The notes under the pieces are model-generated. The model was not told the DNA's origin and did not search any database. It saw only the letters and a list, made by a program, of their open reading frames with translations. Source: Octopus vulgaris (taxonomy: Eukaryota). From it: a DNA stretch of 64,000 bases. This document shows positions 26,823 through 41,389 of this stretch, in pieces (the first letter of the stretch is position 1; each line of letters starts with the position of its first letter). The translations under genes and the position numbers were made by a program. The stretch covers positions 992,001 through 1,056,000 of the forward strand of contig OX597833.1 in NCBI GenBank assembly GCA_951406725.2, given 5' to 3'.

Positions 26823-28102
26823 TGTATATATATATACCATATTTGATCCTGGTACAATGTAGACTTATATAATTTGTAGAGGGTGAGTAACAACGAACTC
26901 TTTGCACATATGACGTCATCTGCGGGCGTCGCCATTTGTCGACCAAATTGTGATTTCCGTCAAAATGTTCACCCAACTTTACGTTGTTTCAATTGGTTTT
27001 TAACTAGCCAATCAGTAATCGTTGTACAACGTGACAACAATGTGGCTTTAAGTATGATTTATAGATTGCCTTATTTAAATAATCCTGCTTCCGTCGCTTA
27101 CAACAAATTACTATTCAGCATTCCGGCTATTTGGGACACAAGTGACTGAAAAATCACTGTTTTTCTGCATCATAAGGGGCTAAATTGCTTTAGCAAGCGG
27201 TTGCTCAGTGAATCCTTGCTACTGACGACTCTCAAGGAAGCAAAACGGAGCATTTAGCAATGTCACATCTTCTTCTGGACGATGTTCGTCTGCTACTGGT
27301 TTTATTTCAGTATAATTTTAGCACTGCAAGTGAGACAGAGTATCTAGGGAAGAAATGACGGCTAGGGCTGCTGCGGTAAATAGGAAATTACTTCGTGAGA
27401 TAAACCAAGAAATTGAGATTTCTGCGTCATGCAGTAGTTCCTTCGTTATGTAATGAAGAAAGAAGGCCTGAAAAATTAGGAGGTGAACTTGAAAGACTGA
27501 AGGGAAATGAAGCAGCGGAATAATTAGGATGGCATGGATGTCGAGCTTGACTTCCTGGTTGGAAGAAAGAGGCATTAAACATCAGGAAGTGAAAATGTTA
27601 CAGAAAACAAAGAAGAGAAAATGACGGCAAGAAGTGACCGCTTACGAACATGGCGTCTAAAGAGGAATACGTCATACGTCCATCAGATAATTTTTCTGGA
27701 GACGAATACTACAGTCTTTGAACGACATATCTGCATTAAGTATGATATACAGATTGCTATTGAAACATGGTTTCTGATTTCAGTAAACGGGAAAGAATCT
27801 TTAGAGGAGGTGGTTGATTATTACCACCGATACTATTGCTAGGCAAATTTAATTTCGGTGAGATTTGAACAGTGAAATGTCAGAAAACCGTCACCCTCAC
27901 TTGCTTCCAAGGGGTTTAAGTTACACACCCACACACACATGCACTCCCCCATATAGTAAGAGTAAGAGAGTGACATAGAAAGAACAAAGAAAAGAGAGTA
28001 TACGTGCGAGAGAGAGAGAGAGAGAGAGAGTTGTTGAAAGAGGTGAGAGAAAGGAATGAAAAGCTTGAAGAAATATATTTGTTGTTTTTAATCTGAACTT
28101 AC

Positions 28103-28181
28103 TGACTGACATGCATGGAAGAATCATCACGGATATAATCATCATCATCATCATCATCATCGTCGTCGTCGTCGTCACCAT
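28103..28181 (-). CDS. Ig-cluster gene 2, exon 1 (signal peptide)
   Basis: MVTTTTTMMMMMMMIISVMILPCMSV, 79 nt, donor A|GTAAGT. Confidence 0.8.
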
Positions 28182-28447
28182 GTTGGTTGGTAGAGAAAAC
28201 GAGCGCCGACTGCCTCGAACAAAAGCATTGTAACCACGTGACATATTTGATCCAGGTCAAATATGAATTAGAGAAAATTTGGCAATAGTTTTTCGTGTCG
28301 AAATGTGATGAAACTAATTAATGATAAAATGAATTAGTTAATTAATGAAAAAGTGCAAAATAAGCAAAACAGAAAAATAATAATAATCATAAAAAAAAGT
28401 CTCATCGGAAATGAGAAAAATATTTAAAAATTAGCTTTTATGAAGGA

Positions 28448-30660
28448 CTAGCAGGTGAACCCGTCCTTTTGGAAGGTTTAAGTTGCTTTGGTGGTATTTT
28501 TTCACCAAAGAATTGAACAAGCGAGATGGTTTATGAGTAGCAGGGAAATCTATGATTCCGATTAACCTAGGAACGGAACACCAAATTGAGGGCTGGTTAT
28601 TGTGGAGGTTGTTGCATTTTAACGATCATAGAACATATAAGTTTGCAAACGATGCTAAGTAGAGCTACTAAAGTGTTTTAGAAGTAGATTACAGGTATTA
28701 CCGTGGTCTTTTTCGTAGGCTTTTCTTCCCACGGATAAACCTATTGTTGTTTTACATGAAAGCCAAATTTCTTGTGATTGTTTAAAAAAAGGTTAATACC
28801 ACAATGCTAAAACGTATTTGAAACAACGGACAACAATCGAAATATCATAACGGATGGATAAATAAGAATCCTTAAAGTGTGACAACGCTTTGGCTGGTAA
28901 ACAAAGGTATCACCAAATAGAAAAGATGGAAGGAAACATCACCTTTTAAGTAACTCAGAATAGGTAAAGGTAAGCTTGCCAAAATTTAATGCAAATTAAA
29001 TATGGAGATTTAGGCGCAGGAGATATAGACGCAGGAGTGGCTGTGTGGTAAGTAGCTTGCTAACCAACCACATGGTTCCGGGTTCAGTCCCACTGCGTGG
29101 CACCTTGGGCAAGTGTCTTCTGCTATAGCCTGGGGCCGACCAATGCCTTGTGAGTGGATTTGGTAGACGGAAACTGAAAGAAGCCCATCGTATATATGTA
29201 TAAATATGTGTGTGTGTTTGTGTGTATGTTTGTGTGTCTGTGTTTGTCCCCCTAGCACTGCTTGACAACCGATGCTGGTGTGTTTACGTCCCTGTCACAT
29301 AGCGGTTCGGCAAATGAGAATCCGATAGAATAAGTACTGGGCTTACAATGAATAAGTCCCGGGGTCGAATTGCTCGACTAAAGGTGGTGCTCCAGCATGG
29401 CCGCAGTCAAATGACTGAAACAAGTAAAAGAGTAAAGAGTAAAGAGATTAAGATCGTTTGGTGTTGGATATCCATCGCGTACAGTGTTCCTAGTCAATTT
29501 AATGATCGTCGCAGGTGGACAGTCGAAATAAATAGACAAAATCCTCTCACTTTTGTAATATTCTTTAACCGAAAGGCTCAAACGATACAGACCAATGCAC
29601 ATACAAATAAGAATATAGAAAGTATTAATGCACCATAACAACATCTAAATAAATAATTAAAAAAATGTAAAAACAACTAAAAAAATATACTGTAATGCAA
29701 ATATACGGCTCCTATCGATTAAAAAAGTAGGAAAAGCACACAAAATATTTATATATAAAAGAGAGGTTGTGTGCTGTCTGTCTCCTACGATTTAGATTCC
29801 TAACTACTCCCACATTTTGCGGTGCAGTTTAACCAAAACCGGGTATCTTATAGTCGTGATTCATATCAAGCCCTTCTGGGTATTAGCGCGCGTCTACGAT
29901 GAGTCTACGATTAAAAAAAATATTTACCATCAATATTTCCCATTTTTTAATGCATTTTTGGTATATATAAGGGAAGTAACTCTCTAAACATTTATTATTA
30001 AATTTCAGAACGTAAAAATCTACAGTAACACCCCCCCTTTGTGGTTAGTCATATTGAGATGGCTATTATACTTTACATCTCTAAAAATGCTTATATAGTT
30101 ATTTCCCTTCCAAACCCGAGCAACGCCGGGCGATACTGCTAGTAGATAGATGAAATCCTTTCACTTTTATATTCTCTAACCAAAACGCCCAATACACAAC
30201 AATACACATATAAAAACAATATGGAAAGTAATAATATACAATTACAACATATGAATAAATAATGAATAAAAAAGATTGAAAATCACTAAAAACTACTCTC
30301 TAATGCCAATATACGGTCATATACAGATTAAAAAAGTATGGAAGATCCTACATACAAAAAAGAAAAAGAAATTGGAGTGCCCCAGCATGGCCACAGCTCG
30401 TGAGCTGAAACTAGATAAAATAAAAATAAAATAAATAAAAAATAAAATAAAAAGAGTTAGAGAAAACCCCGCGTAAACCACAGTTTTTTTCCTTGTTTGT
30501 CCATTTGCGCAGCAGCTCTTGGCAAAATGTTTCCGTGCATGGCCATCTTTTGGACATAGGTAATGTGCGTGTAAAGTTTGGTGAATATCGGTTGAGAATT
30601 GTGGAAATGCATGCGTTTGTCAATATACACACGCATACTGTGATTTATATATATACTAGA
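28448..30660 (-). mobile_element. Larger Helitron (family c) with nested SINE and nested Helitron
   Basis: TC end at 30660, hairpin plus CTAG end at 28448, A|T target; contains a SINE at about 29027-29445 and a family a Helitron. Confidence 0.7.
29748..30142 (+). mobile_element. Non-autonomous Helitron (family a), nested
   Basis: same hairpin plus CTAG end; homologous to 16507-16903. Confidence 0.78.
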
Positions 30661-31100
30661 TAATTATGAAAGTGAGGTATGGCTTACGACAGTCCGTTGA
30701 GGGACCTTGTCTTGCAGAGAATTGGTGACCCCATTAGAGATGGTGCCAAAAAAAAATACATCAATACACTCTGTAAAGTTGTTGGAGTGAGGCAGAGCAC
30801 CCATCTGTAGAAACTATTGTAATGTAGACATTGGTGCATGACTCACTCCTCTGACTTACCAGCCCCTGATGAACCGTCTAATCTGTGCCATCATAGAAAA
30901 AGGGACATCAAATGGTGATGAGGATAGGGGGAGTGGATGAGAATAACGAGGGTGATTAATCAAGCTATAAAGAAACAAATTGTTTCCTTGTTCTAATCTG
31001 ACTGTCCTGATATTGTACAAAAGTCTGAATAAAGGTACGACGAACACGAATAATATCGGAATAATTGCAGCATCGAAAGTTGATATTTTAAATGCATTTA

Positions 31101-31512
31101 CTCTTTTACTTGTTTCAGTCATTTGACTGCGGCCATGCTGGAGCACCGCCTTTTTAATCGAGCAACTCGACCCCGGGACTTATTCCTTTGTAAGCCCAGT
31201 ACTTATTCTATCGGTCTCTATTGCCGAACCGCGAAGTAACGGGGACATAAACACACCAGCATCGGTTGTCAAGCAATGCTAGGGGGACAAACACACTCAC
31301 ACAAACACAGACACACAAACATATATATACATATATATATACATATATACGACGGGCTTCTTTCAGTTTCCGTCTACCAAATCCACTCACAAGGCTTTGG
31401 TCAGCACGGGGCTATAGTAGAAGACACTTGCCCAAGGTGCCACGCAGTGGGACTGAACCCGGAACCATGTGGCTGGTAAGCAAGCTACTTACCACACAAC
31501 CACTCCTGCGCC
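31101..31512 (-). mobile_element. tRNA-derived SINE family A, with the empty site visible in a paralogous unit
   Basis: flanked by TA on both sides; empty site GCATTTATCCAG at about 51668-51679. Confidence 0.88.
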
Positions 31513-31816
31513 TATCCAGAATATCAACTTTTATTTATGTGAATATTCCGATATCACGCAAGAAGAGACGGACCTAGTTTTGAGAGAAGAAACACAATAC
31601 GTCGAAGATAGAGGTTGAGAAATGATGAGTTAGTGTGTGAGAAAAATTGGGCTGAGTGACTTGGAGTCGGAAATTAAATAGTTCGGATCAAGTGTGAGTG
31701 AGAGAAGTCTCTACTACTCCAGCACTTATTGTTTCAAACCTAGTACTTATTGTTATCAGTCTTTTTACTGCACGCTAAGTTACAAGGACGTAAATATGCC
31801 AACATTGGTTGCCAAG

Positions 31817-32210
31817 GGGTGCAATGGCCCAGTGGTTAGGGCAGCGGACTCGCGGTCATAGGATCGCGGTTTCGATTCCCAGACCGGGCGTTGTGAGTGT
31901 TTATTGAGCGAAAACACCTAAAGCTCCACGAAGCTCCGGCAGGGGATGGTGGCGATCCCTGCTGTACTCTTTCACCACAACTTTCTCTCACTCTTACTTC
32001 CTGTTTCTGTTGTACCTGTATTTCAAAGGGCCGGCCTTGTCCCTCTCTGTGTCACGCTGAATATCCCCGAGAACTACGTTAAGGGTACACGTGTCTGTGG
32101 AGTGCTCAGCCACTTACACGTTAATTTCACGAGCAGGCTGCTCCGTTGATTCGGATCAACCGGAACCCTCGTCGTCGTAACCGACGGAGTGCTTCTAAAA
32201 AAAAAAAAAA
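31817..32210 (+). mobile_element. tRNA-derived SINE family B with poly(A) and TSD
   Basis: TGGCCCAGTGG A box, GTTTCGATTCC B box, A tail, TSD GGTTGCCAAG; relatives at about 625-900, 4669-5046 and 38230-38512. Confidence 0.88.
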
Positions 32211-33222
32211 GGTTGCCAAGAGACAGTGGGGAAACAACACAAACACAAGGAAATGCGCGATCGCGCACACTCACTCAGACACATTTAGCGCTTTCATTAA
32301 AAATTGGAAGGACGTGAATTTAAAACAAGAGCACTTTGAGAGAGCAGACCCCGCCAAGGCAACACCAACGTCCTGTCAACGATTAACCGGAGATGATTTT
32401 TAAAATGAGAATATCTGAAATAAACTCGACTGCTCTCACAAACGAGAATACTAAAAATGAACCCGACCGCTCTCAAAAATTAAGCAAAAAAAAATAGGGT
32501 AAATAATCCAGAATCCTTGTCCGGCACCGAATCGATCTCAAAATTGAATCAGTTCGTGCCAGTCGCGAGGTCAAACATTCCTGAAATTTTCATCCGAATC
32601 CATCCATCGGTTCTTGATATATCTTGTCCACAGATAAACAAACAAACAAACACGTCTCTAAGCAGTACCTCCGCCTTAGCGAAGGTGGAGGTAATAAAGG
32701 TTTTGAAGGCCTAAGAAACAAAACAAAACAAAAAACCCCCAAAAAACACAGTTTATATATTTACCTTCACTGGCACTATTTACGAAAACTGAGTATTTTG
32801 AATTTAGAAAACGCTGCTAAATTCTTCAAGAAAATCTCTTTGGAATTGACATGATTGGAAAGAACTATTCTGAAAAGTATTCCAAAGTAAGTTCATCGCG
32901 TGTCTGGATTCGAAAGATTTAGCTTCGGGAAAGTGAAACAGTGAGATCGTGTCAACGGAGATTCTTTGCCAAAATGTTATTAAATCTGTAAATAAAAGTG
33001 CTTGTGTGTGTGTGTGTGTGTCTCTGTGTGTGTGTGTGTGTGTGAATGTGAGTGTGCGTGTGTGTATGTGTGTGTGTGTGTTTGTTTATGTATATGTGGG
33101 TGGTGGTGTGTGTTAGGTGTGTATTTGTTGTGCACTTTTCTTCAATTTTTATAAATCATATCGTGTTCTATTTCGATTTGTGGTCGCTTTGATCTATCAG
33201 TCAATAACATTCACACACATAC

Positions 33223-33255
<33 letters not shown>

Positions 33256-33963
33256 CGCACACACACGCACACACACACATACACGCACACACACACACAA
33301 ACTCACACAAAACACAGATGCTTGGGTAACGCGTAGGCATAGATGTAATCTTAAGAGATCCAGTTTGCAACCGGGTGTTTCAGGTTCAGTTCCACCTTGC
33401 AGCACTTTGGCCACGAATCTTCCATTATAGACCTGCGCCCTACTAAATCCTTCTCGACGGAAACAGAGTGAAAATCCCTCATATATATCTGTATACGTTA
33501 CGTAGTTCCATGACCGAATAAATTATACAGTTATAGAAAAGATGTTCTGCCCTTTCACTTTAGCCAACTCTGGCCAGCGTTGGTGGTCACTTAACGAATG
33601 ACAGCATCTGACATCTGCCATTCTTCATCCCTTTATCTATCTGTCTATATATAAATTAATACATGCACCCCTTAAAATCTTTCGATAAGCAACCCCCCCA
33701 CTATACTAACTAGTTTATATCTACTCTACTACATCCACCCGTCTGTCTTTCCTCCTGACTAGAGAATAATATCCCTGTTCAACCCTCGTTCCTTCCCTGT
33801 TCAAAATTGGAATTCGAACACCCACCATTCCGCGCCATGGATTATCATCGAGCATTCTCATTTGAAACTGTTAATGGATTTTACCTATTTTATTCTGATC
33901 CACCCTTCACTTTTGACAAACTGGAATATACTAATACCCATTTTAGACATCTCTCACATTTTC

Positions 33964-34032
33964 CTCTCTGATGACGGAATACTCAGCCTATGAAATCCAT
34001 ATGCTTGGCTATTCTAGAAACAGCTGTAAGAG
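33964..34032 (+). ncRNA. Minimal type I hammerhead ribozyme motif in a Penelope-like remnant
   Basis: CTCT-CTGATGA-stem II (GGAATA/TATTCT)-GAAAC-AGCT-GTA-AGAG; stem I CTCT/AGAG, palindromic stem III ACAGCTGT. Confidence 0.6.
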
Positions 34033-34179
34033 ACTCTGTAAGTTTATATTCCTCTAAAATAAATGATTTTCAAGTGATTCCAAAAGTTCTGCTTTTCCAT
34101 GTTTACTTTCATCTCTCTCCCTTTTTCTCTCTCACCCCCTGTCTCTCTCTCTTCACACACACACATACACACATACCAA

Positions 34180-34875
34180 AGTAATGCAGCAAAATGGAGA
34201 AAAGTGTGGGGTCAGGAATATCTCCCTGTTTGACACCGTTGTCCACCGAAAAGTCATGAGACAGCTTACCATTAAAGACTACCCGAGCTCTCATGCTTCT
34301 GAATAGTTCCTTAAAAATGCCCACAAAATGTGTTGGACAACCAAGTTTACACAAAACAATCTACAGTACCTCCCTGTTTACCGTGCCAAATGCCTTAGTT
34401 AAATCTATGAAGACCTGGTATGGAGGCATTTGTTCCTCTAAGCATTTCTCTCGAACCTGCCTCAGAAAATATCCCGTCCATTGTTCCTCGCTCAGGTCTG
34501 AAACCACACTGTTCTTCAGGAATCACATGTGGAGACATTCTCAACGAGACGATCTAACATGATCCTTGAAAGTATCTTCCCCGTACGTAGCACGAGAGTT
34601 ATCATTCTAGAATTACCGCGCACTGCTTTCGGCCTCTTACACTTGTATACAGAGATTCGAATGCCATTTATCCGTTCTTGTGGCACAGAAGGATTCATTC
34701 CAAACTCGAGTTACCAGTTTATGAATTTCAGATGAAATATGATCTCCACCTGCTTTCAGAATTTCACCTGGAATACCATCCAATCCAGGTGCTTTACCTG
34801 ATCCCAGTTTACATAATGCCAGATTTATTTCTTCAATGGAAGGCGCATCGTTCACCTTCCATGAACGATACACCT
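34180..34875 (-). mobile_element. RTE-type LINE reverse transcriptase fragment
   Basis: SGKAPGLDGIPGE and GVKQGD..PTLFSI motifs with frameshifts. Confidence 0.8.
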
Positions 34876-34886
34876 TCCATGAAGAA

Positions 34887-34927
<41 letters not shown>

Positions 34928-35501
34928 AGTTCAGCAAAATTTAGATTCAGATGTATATGGGTCTTAAATTACAGGCACCAGAATTTTGTATGGTATTATC
35001 CATATAAATCAAATGGGTTGATTATAATCAAAATAAGCAACAAGGATATCCAAGGTAGAGTAGTACAATTGTTTCATGCTACTTCATTTTATTAAACACT
35101 GTATTACATCAGTTTTAAAATGTCGAGCAATCTTCAGCCACATATAGAATCTTCCAATTAAACTGACAATGCTCATTCTTATCCTTATTTCATTTGCCAA
35201 CATTACAAATAAGAGTGCAACGCCAGTGGTAAATAAATTTATTTTATTTACAAAAGATTGCCGAAACTATGCATAGTCCAGAAAGGAAAGGTTAAACGTT
35301 TTTATTTCTCTTTCCATTTCAGAATTACAACTATTAGTGGTTTGGAGTTTAGCTGCTCTTTCTAGTGAGTCGGATGTCCCATTATAGCCATCCCTTATAT
35401 GTTTGAATGTATATATATAGTCTATTGACTATTTTTTTCTTTCTCACTGGACCGCTGGTAGCGGAAAATTTTTCTAGAATTTTTTGCTACCCTAAAATTT
35501 A

Positions 35502-35557
<56 letters not shown>

Positions 35558-36037
35558 CATAAACACCTACATAAACTCACATTTATACGAACACATATAT
35601 ACATATATATATATATGCATACATTTATGTACGTGAGAAACGGGATAAATTTTAATACAATAAAACATTTTATTTAAGGAGACAACGTTCCAGTTTTCCA
35701 ATTTCTTTATTTCAAATTTTGTAATAAATTGAGTTTTCCATTTCTATTATTATCATTTACTTACTTTCCTAAATATTTTCTCGACCTTTTTTTTTGCGAT
35801 TGGATGAATCTTGTCCACATCCCATTGTCCAAATCGTTCGAGCACTAAACAACGAATACACCTGTAACCATAGAAATATATACGAAGAAATTAGAGGAAA
35901 ACGAACGCCATTTTGATCATTCTTATTGAGCAAATTCCTGCTATTCTAGTCTCGGGCTGACCAAAACCTTATCAATGATAATTAAGGAAACAGAAACTGA
36001 AAGTAGTCATACACACAGACACAGACACAGACACACA

Positions 36038-36094
<57 letters not shown>

Positions 36095-36095
<1 letters not shown>

Positions 36096-36606
36096 TAGCA
36101 GTATCGCCCGGTGTTGCTCGGGTTTGTAAGGGAAATAACTATATAAGCATTTTTAGAGAGTTACTTCCCTTACAGATGCCAATTCGGGCTTTCTTAGCTA
36201 TTTCTGTTTTGGTGTCTTCAAGCCATGAAGTCGTTGTTCTAAAAGAACGCTGGTCTCCTTGACAACGCTTTACGACGTTGATTTCCTTACATTTCCTTCC
36301 CCACAGCTTCACGAGGGAGGGAAGAAGGGGGAGAAACAAACAGGTGCAGGTGTGACGATGGACGCCAACTCCACCGCCATCGACACACGAAAAATTATGC
36401 ATTAAAATGGAATAAAAATGATGTTAAATTATTTTTAAAATCGTAGACTCATCGTAGACGCGCGCTAATACTCAGACGGGCTCGATATGAATCACGACTA
36501 TAAGATACCCGAATTTGGTTAAACTGCACCCCAAAATGTGGGAGTAGTTAGGAATCTAAATCGAAGGGGACAGACACTCACACAACTACAGTTTTATATA
36601 TATAGA
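36095..36606 (-). mobile_element. Non-autonomous Helitron (family a)
   Basis: CTAG plus hairpin end and TC end, sitting in (TA)n. Confidence 0.8.
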
Positions 36607-36615
36607 TATATATAT

Positions 36616-37220
36616 AATAGAAATATTAAAATTACTAAGTCTCTCTAAAGGAGATTACGGCAGCGTTACTGAATATTAATAGTTATCGCCAAACTAATAT
36701 GGCAGTCCATAAATATAAGTCTAAAGCTGTCGCTGATTAGCTCCAAGAGGCCATCGCCTCAAGCTAGCTATATGACACACGAACCTGCGTCCTTTACAAC
36801 CTTCGAACAGGGGAGGTCAGCCGCTTCACCTTGCTGGTCAGTCATCTGCAGTCATGTTTCAGGGTTGTTGCCCTTTATCAATGCAGCGTAGTCAGACCCA
36901 GCAGGTGTCGCTACCGACCGTCTGTTCGAAGATTTTATTTATCTAGTTACAGTGGAATACATCCACTTGTTTTCAATAATAGAAATATTAAAATTACTAA
37001 GTCTCTCTAAAGGAGATCACGGCAGTGTTACTGGATATTAATAGTTATCGCCAAACTAATATGGCAGTACATAAATATAAGACTAAAGCTGTCGCTGATT
37101 AGCTCCAAGAGGCCATCGCCTCAAGCTAGCTATATGACACACGAACCTGCGTCCATTACAACCTTCGAACAGGGGAGGTCAGCTGCTTCACCTTGCTGGT
37201 CAGACATCTGCAGACATGTT
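36616..37220. repeat. About 360-bp tandem direct duplication, probably a Penelope-type pseudo-LTR remnant
   Basis: 36616-36860 repeated at about 36977-37220; hammerhead-like TTGATAA-AGGG...CCCT-GAAAC on the minus strand near 36850-36885. Confidence 0.6.
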
Positions 37221-37711
37221 TATATATATATATACAACGTATGGGGGTATAGTTCAAAGGTGATCTCAACGACTAGGTACTAGGTAGGCTAGGTAAGTGC
37301 TGTAAGGGATTACTAGTGCTCCAAGTTTATAGCAGAGACGGTAGTTATGGGGCCATCGTAGATTTCCGATATAGTGGATATGTAATTGTTAAAAAGGATA
37401 ACAACCGTTAAGGCAACACTATTGAAAAAAATTCAAAGTTTTACAGCTGTTTCGGGGGATATCCCAGTGTATGAGATATTCCGTCATCAGAGACAAATAG
37501 GGAAAATGAGAAAGGAAACAGAGGACATTGGAAAAGGAATAAGGAGATGAAGAACCGCTACAACTATAACTACTCTCACATTAGGATTATCTGGAGAGAT
37601 ATCAACCCGCCAGATATTTTTGCTAGACTTCTGTATACGTTTTAAAAGACATTAATAAGTACCCTGCCTTGTTTGACAATGCCATTCTATACCGATACAT
37701 ACATACATACA

Positions 37712-37745
<34 letters not shown>

Positions 37746-38513
37746 CATATATATATGTAGGAGTGGCTGTGTGGTAAGTAGCTTGCTTACGAACCGCATG
37801 GTTCCGGATTCAGTCCCACAGCGTGGGTCCTTGGGCAAGTGTCTTCTACTATAGCCTGGGGCCGACCAAAGTCTTGTGAGTGGATTTGGTAGACGGAAAC
37901 TGAAAAAGGCCGTCGTATATATGTATATACATATATATATATATGTGTGTGTGTTTGTGTGTGTGTATGTGTGTGTGTGTGTGTGTTTGTGTGTATATGT
38001 TTGTATGTCTGTGTTTGTCTCCCCAACATCGTTTGGCAACCGATGCTGTTGTGTTTACGTCCCCACAACATAGCGGTTCCGTAAAAGAGAACGATAGAAT
38101 AAGTACTAGGCTTACAAAGAATAAGTCCTGGGATCGATTTGCTCGACTAAAGGCGTTTCTCCAGCATGACCACAGTCACATGACTCAAACAAGTAATAGA
38201 GTGAAAGAGAGAGAATATATATATATATCACGTGATCACATGATCGACCAGACCATCAGATGTTGCTACACATCGCGCTTCCCATTGTTTTAGCTTTCGA
38301 ACGACGCCATCCCGCTGGCGAAGCGAGCAGGCCAACAGAAGAGAGAAAGAGTGGTGAAAGAGTACAGCAGGTATCGCCACCCACTGCCGGAGTCTCATGG
38401 AGCTTTTTAGGTGTTTTCGCTCAATAAACACACACAACGCCCCGGTCTGGTAATCGAAACCGCGATCCTACGTCTGCTAGTCCACTGCCCTAACCACTGG
38501 GCCGTTGAGCTTC

Positions 38514-40598
<2,085 letters not shown>

Positions 40599-40629
40599 AT
40601 TCACCCACGTGCTTTCACAAACAAACTTT

Positions 40630-40811
<182 letters not shown>

Positions 40812-40964
40812 AAATAGAAAGATGAATAATCTTGTTGCAGATTAATCAAAAGTTTAACCGATACCTTGGTAGCAAAAATCACAGCAGAAGACAGCACGGT
40901 TGGAGGTACAACCATATGGTGTTGCAACCGTGCGTTGGTGCGGATAATTGAATTTTAATATTAT

Positions 40965-41042
40965 TAGTGAATTGAAGAAATGGAGTTGAACGAAGATTGA
41001 ACAGAAATCTGTTCAATCTTCGTTCAACTCCATTTCTTCAAT

Positions 41043-41048
<6 letters not shown>
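40965..41048. repeat. Perfect 41-bp inverted repeat with a 2-nt loop
   Basis: TAGTGAATTGAAG...GAACAGA-AA-TCTGTTC...CTTCAATTCACTA. Confidence 0.92.
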
Positions 41049-41090
<42 letters not shown>

Positions 41091-41095
<5 letters not shown>

Positions 41096-41269
41096 ATATT
41101 TCGGAATGGTCATTTTGCCAGTTTAGCCAATAAAAACACAGGCACTATATATTTGGTGTTACTTTGCTTCAGTGTTATTTATTTTTTACATTAATCTATA
41201 TATAGTGCGTGTGTTTTTATTGGCTAAACTGGCAAAATGACCATTCCGAAATATAACAATATCTGTTTC
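41091..41269. repeat. Foldback element with about 60-bp arms; partial second copy at 43837-43983
   Basis: TTGTTATATTTCGGAATGGTCATTTTGCCAG...CTGGCAAAATGACCATTCCGAAATATAACAA. Confidence 0.8.
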
Positions 41270-41315
41270 AACACACGGCTTCACATAAAAAATCTTGCAC
41301 AACAAATATTTAAAC

Positions 41316-41384
<69 letters not shown>

Positions 41385-41389
<5 letters not shown>

